Source: Euglena gracilis (Eukaryota). Taken from it: a stretch of 64,000 nt of DNA. The position numbers and the translations under genes were made by a program. The DNA is taken from contig CP154954.1 of assembly GCA_039621445.1 (NCBI GenBank), forward strand, positions 7,690,634 to 7,754,633. Direction: 5' to 3'. The notes below the pieces were generated by a model. That model was given only the letters and a program-made list of their open reading frames with translations, had not been told where the DNA came from and did not search any database. Below are positions 33,898 through 44,000 of this stretch, piece after piece; the first letter of the stretch is position 1; each line of letters opens with the position of its first letter.

Positions 33898-35950
33898 TAA
33901 ACAGCTTGCAAACTTGCAGAGGAAGTGACTTTAGGGCTTGGAATGTTAATTGGAAATACAAAGCAAACACCAGCGGCCAGTCTATCCGGGCGCCGGCCTC
34001 ACCGCGGCACTGGAACGTGAGGTGGCCTGTGGCGCCGCAGCGCTTGCACGTCCCCTTCGTAGCCGCCACCTGCCCCGCCCAGGGGTTATCTTAAGGACCT
34101 GGGGGGGGGGGTCCCATGGGCCAGCTGGAAGAAGGAGTTGGCTGGACCCCCCCTGGGGGTGGGGGTCCAGTGGGGGGGTCCAGCCAGCTGGAAGCTGGAC
34201 CCGGCAGGTATCCCAAAAAAAAGCCAAAAAAAAGCCGAAAGCCAGCTGGGTTTGCATTTTTCAGCCAAAATTTGGAGGAAAAACCCCCAAACCCACCCAA
34301 AAACGCCATTTCCCACCATTTTTCATTTTTCAAGAATGTTTGCCATTCTGGCTTCTTCACCGGCTGGCCTGAACTTTCTGTCAGCGGACCCCCTGGGGGG
34401 GGGGGGGGCTGGGAGGTGCTGGCTGGAAAAAAGGTGCTGGCTCCTGGGGGGGTAGGGTCCCCTCCAGCTTTAGAAAACCCCTGGCCCCGCCGCCGCGGCG
34501 TGTGTCTTCGCCAGGCTGAGCAGCCCCTTGTGGTGCCAGGGCGGAGGGGCCCCAGGCTGGGGAGGGGGGACAAAAATGACAGGAAAAAATGACGGGGAAA
34601 ATGACGGGAAAAATTGACAGAAAAAAAGGACTGGAAAACCCATGAAAAAAAAACGGCAAGAAAAAAGACGGGAGAAACTGACAGAAAAAAACTGACGGAA
34701 AAAAACTGATGGGAAAAAAAGACAGGAAGAAAAGATGGGAAGAAATGACGAGAAATACTGGATGGCCATCTTTGTTTCCCGTCATCTTTGTTTCCCGTCA
34801 TCTTTGCCCAGACACACTTCAAAAACATTTCCACACACAACGTCACCCACCAACGAGTCCATGAATCATCTAGTGGATCAGTGGCACAAAGCAAATGATG
34901 TTAAATTGGCGGTAAGCAAACATAAATCATCAGGTTGGGTTCAGGTTTGATAAAAGGGCAGGTGGGGGACACCCCCCCCCACCTAAACAGTGGCACGGTC
35001 TGGGAGTCGCTGATTTTTGGCCCAGCACCAAAAATTTTCGGTCTGGCCCACCAAAAACGGCCAAAAGTGCCATTTTGGGCAATTTTTGGGCAAAAATTTG
35101 TCAAAAAATGCAAAAAAAAAAAAGGCGCAAAGCGCCGGAAGGAAAAGTTGACCTTTGGGGAGGGGTCCCGGTTACCCCCCCCCCCGGTGGGTCCAGACCC
35201 CTCTTGGCAGGTGGGGGGTCCGAACGCCCCCCTCCGGTCCAGGAGGGCCCGCCTAAACCCCGAACACCCTCCTTGTATCAAACCCTGGTCGGGTTGCAGA
35301 AGCGCCGGAAGGAAAAGTTGACCTTTGGGGGGGGGGTCCCGGTTACCCCCCCCCGGTGGGTCCAGACCCCTCTTGGCAGGTGGGGGGTCCGGACGCCCCC
35401 CTCTGGTCCAGGAGGGCCCGCCTAAACCCCGAACACCCTCCTTATATCAAACCCTGGTCGGGTTGCAGCTTGTTTAAAAATCGGACTTCAAAATGCGTTG
35501 CACCGTCCCCTTTTTCTGAACATCCATCCCCAACTGTCCTCAAATTCTATGACAACCCATTTCAATTATCCTCCCCCACCTCCCCCCACCTGGGGGTAAC
35601 TGTCCTCAATGAGAAAACTGCCCTGGAACAATTGTACTTACCAACATGACCTGCATGTTCCTTCCGAAGGGTGGTCACAAGGGTGACAAAAATTCAGGTT
35701 TATGCGGGATTCCATCCTGTCGAAACGAAAGTGGGAAAGGTCGGCTGGGTTGCGTGCCAAAAAAGGGACACTCGCACATTCCGACTGGCCCCACCCTGCA
35801 CACGTGTCGTAGGCACTGCTGCCCGCGGCCTGGGCCCTCCGCGGCGGGCTTCGCGGTGGCGCCCATCGTCTGCCACACCGCGTCGCCCCCGCCGGCGGAG
35901 GACATGTCGAGGTAGTTGTTGCGCCAGAAGTCCGGGGCGTACTTCGGCAT
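25972..35950 (-). CDS. CXIP4/SREK1IP1-like CCHC zinc-knuckle protein with Ser/Arg/Lys-rich C-terminus (putative splicing-associated factor)
   Basis: Exons: 35802-35950 ([24 protein letters not shown]; 1-nt frameshift near 35836), 34487-34531 ([11 protein letters not shown]), 34004-34074 ([18 protein letters not shown] zinc knuckle), 32853-33009 ([18 protein letters not shown]), tentative small exons in ~30100-32344, 29541-29640, 28568-28622 ([16 protein letters not shown]), 27602-27649, 27209-27220, 26997-27075 ([15 protein letters not shown]), 25972-~26100 ([19 protein letters not shown] at 25972-25974). Motif order matches plant CXIP4 as recalled ([31 protein letters not shown]). Confidence 0.8.
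26113..26254. repeat. (CG)n/(CA)n microsatellite
   Basis: Directly visible. Confidence 0.9.
27226..27598. mobile_element. MITE that forms nonconventional intron 27221-27601
   Basis: TIRs CAGGCCATTGCTTAAGG / CAGGCCACTGCTCAGGG. TSD TTCCGGGA vs TTCTGAGA (6/8). Shares internal motifs with 4451-4814 and 34080-34483. Confidence 0.75.
28830..29030. repeat. (TG)/(TGCG) microsatellite
   Basis: Directly visible. Confidence 0.9.
31348..31488 (-). pseudogene. hAT transposase relic, C-terminal dimerization-like segment
   Basis: [29 protein letters not shown] resembles the hAT dimerization motif (L.iP.ssa..Er.FS....i.t.rR.rl). AT-richer than host exons, with no intact ORF. Confidence 0.6.
32350..32849. 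mobile_element. hAT-like MITE that forms nonconventional intron 32345-32852
   Basis: Ends CAGGGCGTTTTTTTAA / CAGCGTGTAGCTTAA (imperfect TIR). Perfect TSD CGTGGGAC at 32342-32349 and 32850-32857. Confidence 0.8.
33640..33894. repeat. (GAATCA)n followed by (GAA)n
   Basis: Directly visible. Confidence 0.95.
34080..34483. mobile_element. hAT-like MITE that forms nonconventional intron 34075-34486
   Basis: TIRs CAGGGGTTATCTTAAG / CAGGGGTTTTCTAAAG. Perfect 8-bp TSD GCCCCGCC at 34072-34079 and 34484-34491. Flanking exons join in frame. Confidence 0.88.
34532..35801 (-). other. Nonconventional/intermediate intron 1 of the zinc-knuckle gene
   Basis: 5' GTG-CAGGGTGGGG pairs with 3' CCCCTCCGCCCTG-GCACC|A. 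Join AYDT-Y-KGLL. Confidence 0.8.
34942..35456. mobile_element. hAT-like MITE (family of 39126) with tandemly duplicated right end
   Basis: TIR CAGGTTTGATAAAAGG / CAGGGTTTGATACAAGG. TSD GTTGGGTT vs GTCGGGTT (7/8). The right ~170 bp, including the TIR, is present twice (ends 35287 and 35456). Confidence 0.8.
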
Positions 35951-35976
35951 GGCGCCCGGGGGAGGGGGAGGGGTGC

Positions 35977-36030
35977 CTGCGTGTGTGTGTGTGTGTGTGT
36001 GTGGAGGGGTGGGCGGGTGGCAGGCAGGGG
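35977..36030 (-). promoter_or_regulatory. Putative spliced-leader trans-splicing acceptor of the zinc-knuckle gene
   Basis: C/CA-rich tract ending CACGCAG, 26 nt upstream of ATG 35950. Confidence 0.5.
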
Positions 36031-38041
36031 TGGGGGAGTGAGTACTGCGCCTGCTGGGACTGGAGGACACTTTTCAACTCTTTTTTTTTTCAGGAACAAA
36101 ATCTTGAATTGCCGTGTTTTTTAAATTAGAATAGGGAACAGGAGAGAGTCAGAGGTAATGCAACGGTTTTTCACAGACTCAATTGCCGCAGCCCATATGG
36201 GGCCCAGGAAATGGGTCTTTTGTCACGTTTAACTTTTAATGATTCATCGTGTGCAAGTATTCACATAATTGCAGCAAATCCATCAGCTGAATGCGCAAAG
36301 GAATCACTGGCGCAATCGTGGAAAACCTCCACTTTGTTCCCACTGTTGTGCAAGTAGTCCTGTGCCAGGCTCCTTTTAAAGGAAGTTCACCCCCAGGGGG
36401 TGGATGCTATGGGCAGGTAGGGGGGGCAGGACACTTTCGACCCCCCGGAGGGGTCAGGTTTTTGGGGTGTTTCTGTTATTGACCCCCCCCCCCCCCCGCG
36501 CGCCCCCCGGCGCGGGGCCTGAAAATGGTCATTTTCAAGGGAAAATTGGAAAGTTGGTAAGCACCGGGACCCAAAGCCGATCTCCTGGGGTGGGGGGTTC
36601 CTGCTGTGGGCATGCCCCATGGCGTCCCCCCCTCTCCCCCAGGTTGGAAAAAAGAAGCCTGCCGTATGCGCATTTGAGCGAATAGTCCCTTTGCGCGATT
36701 GTGCAACCAACATTTTAAGTCGAAGTCAATGGTATCGTCCAGCGCTCGGTCTCACCTGCCCCAAATCGCTCCGGCAACTCTCCCGAAACTAGGTTGCTCG
36801 TTATGGATTTGCGTCTTGTAAACCCCGCAGGTGCATATGCAAGTGTCTTGTCCATTGCCTCGGGTATGTGGTGCAACAACTGAGACACTTTTTTGACCAA
36901 CTCAGATGTACTGTACAAACACTTCCACTTATGAACGCCACTCACAGAAAGCCGCTCCCCACTAGGGCACTTTTTATCGACCCCCCCCTTCCAGGGGGTC
37001 CAGCTCAGATGCTGGCAACTCTGGCTGTCACCCCTCCAACCCCCCCCAGGGGTCCGGGGTCCGGGGTCGAACCAGGTACCAAAAAGAATCGAAACTGCAA
37101 AAATGTCCAAAAAAACTGACAATTACTTCTCAGCCCTTTTCCAACCCATTTTCGCCCATTTTTGACCTATTTTGTGGTCAAAAATGTCGAAATTCCAGAG
37201 GAGCATTGAATCTTCTCGATAAAACCCCATCAGGGTCGAACACCAAGCCGCACTCTGTAACAATGAGGGAGTTGTAAGTGGGGCAGGATTTGACACACTG
37301 AAATCCAGACTTTCCTGGATTCTGTAGTCTTCCTTATTCTGCAGTTAGCTGTGCAGATTATTCAAAGGCCATTGTTTGCTTTTTTCATGGTTTGGGAGAC
37401 ACAGTGGAGTGCACCTGAGGACATTTCATCCGTCGGGGGAATTTTTTCCACACAAAACATATTACTGGCAATGGCAGACTCCCCAGCAACGGTTGAAGAA
37501 TATGGCACCCATGTTCAACTCCGCACTTCAGGCAGCAATGAATTATGAGAGCCCTAAATTCTCGCAAACCAAGAACACAATTGAGCACGTGAACCCTTGC
37601 GGGTGCCCACTGGAGCCAGCGTGATTGGGTCGCAGAGGATTTGTGCCAACGGCGCACCTGTCGCAGGGCAGGAGGCTGTGTTGGCCGGAACACAGGATTG
37701 GCAAACAGGAGGCAATTACTGCCATTCGCCTCCCCCCCCCCCGACACCATGGACATGGCTAGATAGGTAGAGATATCTAGATAGACAGAGCATGGGCATG
37801 GCCATGCTCAGGCCGTGGCTTGGCGTGTACCGGCCCAAATGCCTGCCCAACACCCTCCCCGTGTCTCGCCACGGCTACACTGTACACCGCACTGATGCTC
37901 GCGCAGTCCCCTGCCCTGCCACGCTCCATCCGCCAATAGACTGTGGGGGGAGGGCAGCCCACAGCTCTTGGATGGCACGCGGCGCTGCAGTGGCAAGCGG
38001 AAGCCGGCGGACCGCACTGGTCAGTGAGAGGGCAGGGGAGG

Positions 38042-41000
38042 TCAGAAGGCCAGGGCGGTGGCGAGGGTCACACCGGCGGCGGTGTGGCCGGCGAACAGCC
38101 GCTGCAGCCCGTCCTCCGTCCCGAGCCGGTACTCCCGCTCCTCGGGGGGCACCGCCCGGCCCGGGGCATGCCCGTCCCGCCAGGCTGCATGCTGTTGGCC
38201 CCAAGACGGAGTGCATGGGAAGACCTGGTGGGGGAGACGGTGGACTCTCCCACCAGGGGGGGGGAGTCCATAAAAAAAAAACGCAAAAATACGGGGTTTT
38301 TGCTAAAAATTGGGGAAAAAAACGCGTCAAACACAAAAATAAACATGCCAAAAAAAAAGGCATTCATCGGGGTCCATTCAAAGACCAAAGCTCAGGGGCA
38401 AGAAGAGTCAGGCGGGACAAACAGATGGTCCACCGCAACCATGGGATGGGGGTGGAAAATGGTGGTTTCTGGGGCGATGTTGAGACGCCCTTTTAATAAA
38501 TGCAACAAAGCCGGCGGGGGGGGGGGGGGGACCAAAGGAGCACCACACCATTCCATTCCCTGGTTCAAGGTTTGGGAAACGTCTCCTAAGCGATACCTAG
38601 AAACACGTTCCCAACCCGCGGTTTGGCTGAAGATCTGTAGGGGGGTCAGGACGTTCAGGCCGGGTTGCGGACGACGGGGTGGCGGGCGATGACGTCCCTT
38701 GGCTGCCGGCCGAAGCAACGCTAATCATCCCGGGAAGATGTACCACAACAGCGGAGGACCGCGTGCCCTTTGAGGCCCAGCAAAGAATTCATCCTCGGAG
38801 GATCCAGCGCGATCCCTGTGTCCGGCACAGCACAACCGGGGGAGGGCCAACCCATCCACACCCAGGGGCACACAGGGGGGGGGGACCCACTCTTAAAGGG
38901 TAAAAAACCCCCTTTAGGCAGGGGCAAGCACCTATAGTTGACCCCCAGATTTTTGCCATTTTCGGCCATTTTCGGCCATTTTCGGCCATATAGGTGGGGG
39001 GTAAAGCTGCCTTAAAACTCTTTCATACCAACAATGCATTTTGATCATTCAGTCAACATGCAAGCAGTCGTGACAAGCTAACGCATCCAAGGAGGTCCTT
39101 TGGAATGGGTGCTCAGGGATTAAAGCAGGGTTCGATATAAGGACAGGTGGGGGGTGGTCCGGACCCCCCCCCCCCCTGCGGGCCAGGGGGGAGGGGGACA
39201 CCCCCCCACCTAAACAGTGGCGCAGTCCGGGTGACCGATTTTCAGCCCGGCGCAAAGCGCCGGGCCAAAAGTTTGACATCCAGCGAAATCAAAGCGCAAG
39301 CAGCACATAAACAAAGGAAGCTGGCGAGACATCGGCTGCAAAAGAACAAGCAAATAAACGTGCAGTGCAGGAGCCGAAAGAAAACATTTGGCTGTTGCAA
39401 CAAAAAAAATTACCAAAAACTCCGCCGGAGGAAAAAATTGCCCTTTTGGGGGGTCCTGGGTACCCCCCCCCCGGGTCGGTCCGGACCCCCCTGGCAGGTG
39501 AGGGGGGGGGGGGGTCCGGACCCCCCTGCGGGTCAGGAGGGGGGAGGGGGACACCCCCCCACCTAAACCATGTACGCCCTCCTTATATCGAACCCTGGAT
39601 TAAAGAGGTCAAAGAGCTTTTTGTTGCAATATGCAAACGCAAGGTTTTGGGAATAGGCTTCTTTTTTCTTGCCAGAGAGGCTCTTGTCCACTTTGGTCTT
39701 TTTTGCTGGGGGTTCTTGGGACGCTTCATGAGAGTGGTTGGCACATGACATGTTAACCACAATGGTGGGTGGCAACACCAAAACTGGTGCTTTTCTCTTC
39801 AAGCCTCTTGGCGTGGATGCTTTTCACAAACAACTTCCCCTCACCTATTCCAAACTTGATACCTCAAGCAACATTGTTTGATGGTGGCACTGTTAGATCC
39901 CATCCACTTGTGTGCAATGAACCTAATGCAGGAATCACACCTTTAACAGAGAAAAAAACACCTCGCATACTTACTTTGCCGGTTGCACCTTGTCACCACA
40001 ATTTTCTGAAATGCCATCAAAACCATCAGCTTTGGCCCAAATACCCCATTCGGAGGTGGTTCTTTGAGCAGCATGTGTTCCACAGTCAGGCATAATGGCA
40101 GGACAAGAGAGGCATGACTTCAAAGAAGCCTTGATGTAAAATTTCATCCGTCATGTTGAGACGATCGTCCGTCTGGATGTGGCGAAATTGGGAGAAAGTG
40201 CGCTCAGCTTGAGCGGCAGAACAAAAAAGCAAACATGTGATCGGCCCATAATGTTGAAATATTTCACTTATATCACTGCATCTTCTCCAGCATCTGCATC
40301 TTGTCCAATGTCTGCATCTTGTCCAGCATCTGCATCTTGAACAACATCTACATCTTGTCCAGCATCTGCATCTTGTGCAGCATCTGCGTCTTGTCCAGTG
40401 TCTACATCTTGTCCAATATCTGCATCTTGTCCAGCATCTGCATCTTGTACAGCATCTGCATCTTGTCCAGTGTCGACATCTTGTCCAGTGTCTGCACCTT
40501 GTTCAGCATCTGCATCCATTGCATCTTGTCCAGTATCTGCAAACTCTGCATCCACTGGCTCCCAACCTAGCAAAATGACCACAGAAACCCCAAAAAGACC
40601 ACAAAAAGCCTAAAATTGACCGCAAAAGGCCCCAAAAAGCAACCAAAATGACCTAAAATGGCTTCAAATAACCTAAACTTGCCCAAAAACGCCAACAATA
40701 TCCACAAAAAAAATTGTGAAAAATTACCCAAAATCACTAAAATGGCGCAAAACGACCAAAAATGCCATAAAATGTGACCCAAATTAGTTCAATATTTGCC
40801 AAATCAGTGCAAAATATCCCCAAAATTAGCAAAAATTGATCCAAATTGGCCAAGATGGGTGTAATACTGGAGATTTGTGGAGAAATTATCCCAAAAATGG
40901 GTTTAATTCTTCAAAATATACAAAAAAAAATGCCAGCGTCACCCTTGTCACCAAAATCTTTGGCCCAAATAACCCTTTCGGGGGTGGTTCATTGAGCAGC

Positions 41001-44000
41001 ATGTGTTGCAGGGCCAGGCATAATAACAAAAGAAGAGAGGCTGCACAGAGACAAGCATCAGTCACACTGAAAATTGCCCCTCAGGGAAAAAGAAACTGTC
41101 AGGCAAAAAAACTCGAAAAATTTGCAACAAAATTTTTCTCATTTTCGGCCATTCTCAGCCATTTTCGGCCATTTTTACTGTAGGTGCTTGGGCAGGGGGG
41201 CACCCACTTGGCCCGACCCCCTGCCCCAGAGGGGGGGGGGGCTCAGCCCAGACCCGCCAGCCAGCACACCTCCCGGGTCACTAAACCTTATTAAAAAACA
41301 TCGGGTACCGGCTCAGCTGCGGCCGGGCCATCGCGTGCCACTCCTCCACTGTCGCCTCCACCAGCCTCGTCCCCTCGGCGTCCAGGATGCGGGACACGAG
41401 GGACGCTGGCAGGCTGCTGTGCACCGCGGAGGCAGTCCGGGGGTTGTGGGACAGCATCAAAAAAAAATTGTCCACAACATCCAACGTACTTCAGACAAGG
41501 TTTAGCCCGCCCCCAATGTAATGCCCGGCGCTGGAGGGGTCCAGCAGGCTGGGTTTGACCGGCCCTAGGGGAGGGGGGAGGGGTGCCCTGGAGTGTCTGG
41601 GCAGGCAGGCAATACCCCCTGTCGAGTCGTGGGCCAAAAAGTGCCTAAAAAAGGTCTTTTCTGGGCTTCCGGCACCTTTGGCACTGGAAGTGATTTGGCC
41701 AAGTGCCCAGTCAATGTTGGCCATGTGACCCCCTAGGGGGGTCGGATCTGGGTGCGGTCACCCCCCTAGGATGGGGTCTGACTCACCTTGAACTTCGGCC
41801 TGGTGTCCAGCAACAGACGAAAAAAAAAAACAATCCAGGGCATTTGGGGGGGGGATAGCTGCTTTAAAAGAAGCCCGTCCGCAAGAGGCGCGTCGGGGGT
41901 GGCAGTGGGCGGGCAGCCGAAGCGGGCGAGGAGGGACACCGCGGCGGCGCCGGCGGCCTCTGCCGCATCGAGGCGGTCACACACCTCCGCGTACCTGTCG
42001 GGGAGGCGGGTGGGGGCCAAGCCGGGCCGGCCCGAATCGTCTACACAAGATACCGCAGAAAATTCACTAATAAACACGACAACATGCCTCCCCCAACAGT
42101 GGGAGGAAGCAAAAAAAGGGCAAAAAAAAGGGCAATCAAAACGCAAAAAAAAAACGCAAATTGCATATAAAATCCTTCAGGTGCTCCCCCAGGATGTAAC
42201 AAAAATCCAAAAAGTGTCAGGAAAACAAAACACAAAAAACAAATTTTGCCAAAATTCGAAAAACCAAAAAAACCAAAAAAAACCGCATTTGTGTTCCCCC
42301 CCTGCCCACACCCCCCACACACACGGATGACGCCCCTGGGCCAACAGAATCAAAACGAAGGCATAATAAACCTCCCTGGTGGGGGGGGACGAAGGAGGCT
42401 TGGGACACCTGTTTTACCGAAATGAACGTCGAATGGAGCATGTGTTGTGTGAGAATTCCCAAATTGCAAACAGGGGCCATGTGAAAAACTTGCCCAAACA
42501 GTAACTTTTCCACCCAAAACTACCAAATCTCCTGGACTTCGACTTCGGTGCACTAAACTAAGTGGGTAGTTTCTTTTATGATTTTATGATTATTATTTTT
42601 TTATTACTTATAAAAATTTATGTATTTTGGAGGGAAGGGAAATCGTTCAACCCAAAAAAAAACAAAACAAAAACAAAGTCAAGTAAACAGCAAATAAAAC
42701 GTTGGGATTGGCATGTCCAGAGGAAAGCAGTTACCTCCGGGGGAGGGGGATTCATCAATACTGGTTGGGATTGGGTTAGGATTAGGGTTACGGTTTTAGG
42801 GTTAGAGTTTGGGAAAGGGTTCGGTTTTGGGTTACATATACATAAAGGTACTTTTATAAGCGGACATAAGTGGACATTTGAATGTCCACAGAATGTACGA
42901 AAAATTTTAAAAAGAATTTGCTTCTATGCGACAAACATTTTCAGTCAGAGAATGAAAAATCTGTAATAAAACTGGAAAAGGAAATTGCAGCGCACCCTCT
43001 TAGACGAGGGATGGCAAGCCAAGCATGTTTGCCCCCGCCCCGCACACCTCTCCAGCGAGAGGGGGCGGCCGGGCACCAGCGCCGCCGTCAGGGCGTCCGC
43101 GAGGCGCTGGGCGTGCGCGCGGGCGTGGGGGACGAGCGCCGTGATGGGGGCGTGGGCGAGGGCGGCGAACGCCATGACCACCCAGTGGTCCGCCAGGCAC
43201 TGCAGCACCTGTGCATGGCAGACAGTGGGTTAAGTGTTTGGAGCGCGAGGGCTTTGTGAAGGTTCAAATTTTGGGGGGTTTTCGACGGGTAATGGCACAC
43301 CGGTGCCAAAAAAAAAAACTGAAGCTTTAATCAGGTTTGATGGGTTTAGTCAAGCCGAAAGTTGAGTGCGGGCAAATTGAAGGAGAGAGAAAAGGCAGAG
43401 CGGCCAAAGCAGTTGATGGATAAACAGGCATTGGGGGCTCCGACGGTCCTTCTGCTGCGTTTCAGATTCACTGCTGGAACGGACCGCAGTATGCGCCACA
43501 TTCCGGAAGTCTTGGGCGGCCAAGACCAGTCGCCAGGCCCCGGCAACACCTCGGGCACCGGCAGCTGCTCCAGGAAGTGCAGTGCCACGTTGGCCTCCCG
43601 CACCGCGTCGAACCCCTGCCGCTGCTCTGAAACTGGCCGCTGACCACCCCCACAGCCTCACCACAGCATTCGGGGGGGGGGGGCAAATGAATAGGTTTAT
43701 GGCCGGGAGACTGGGGGGGGGGGGGTTCTCACCTCCTGAATTGGCGACTAACGACCTCAGTAAGATCATTATCTTGTTCGGGGAAGGGGTTCTTAGGGGG
43801 AGGTCCGTCTAAAATTCTGACTGATTGGCCCTTGGCTGGAAGTACCCAAAAGAGGACACAGCCTTCTTTCCATATGGGGTCCCTGGGTGGAGCCCCAGCT
43901 TGGGGGGGAGGGGGGGTGCGGACACCATCCACCTCCATAAGCATGAACCCCAACGTCGCCGGCTGAGACAACTGCCACGTTGTCAGTTTCAGCTATTCGG

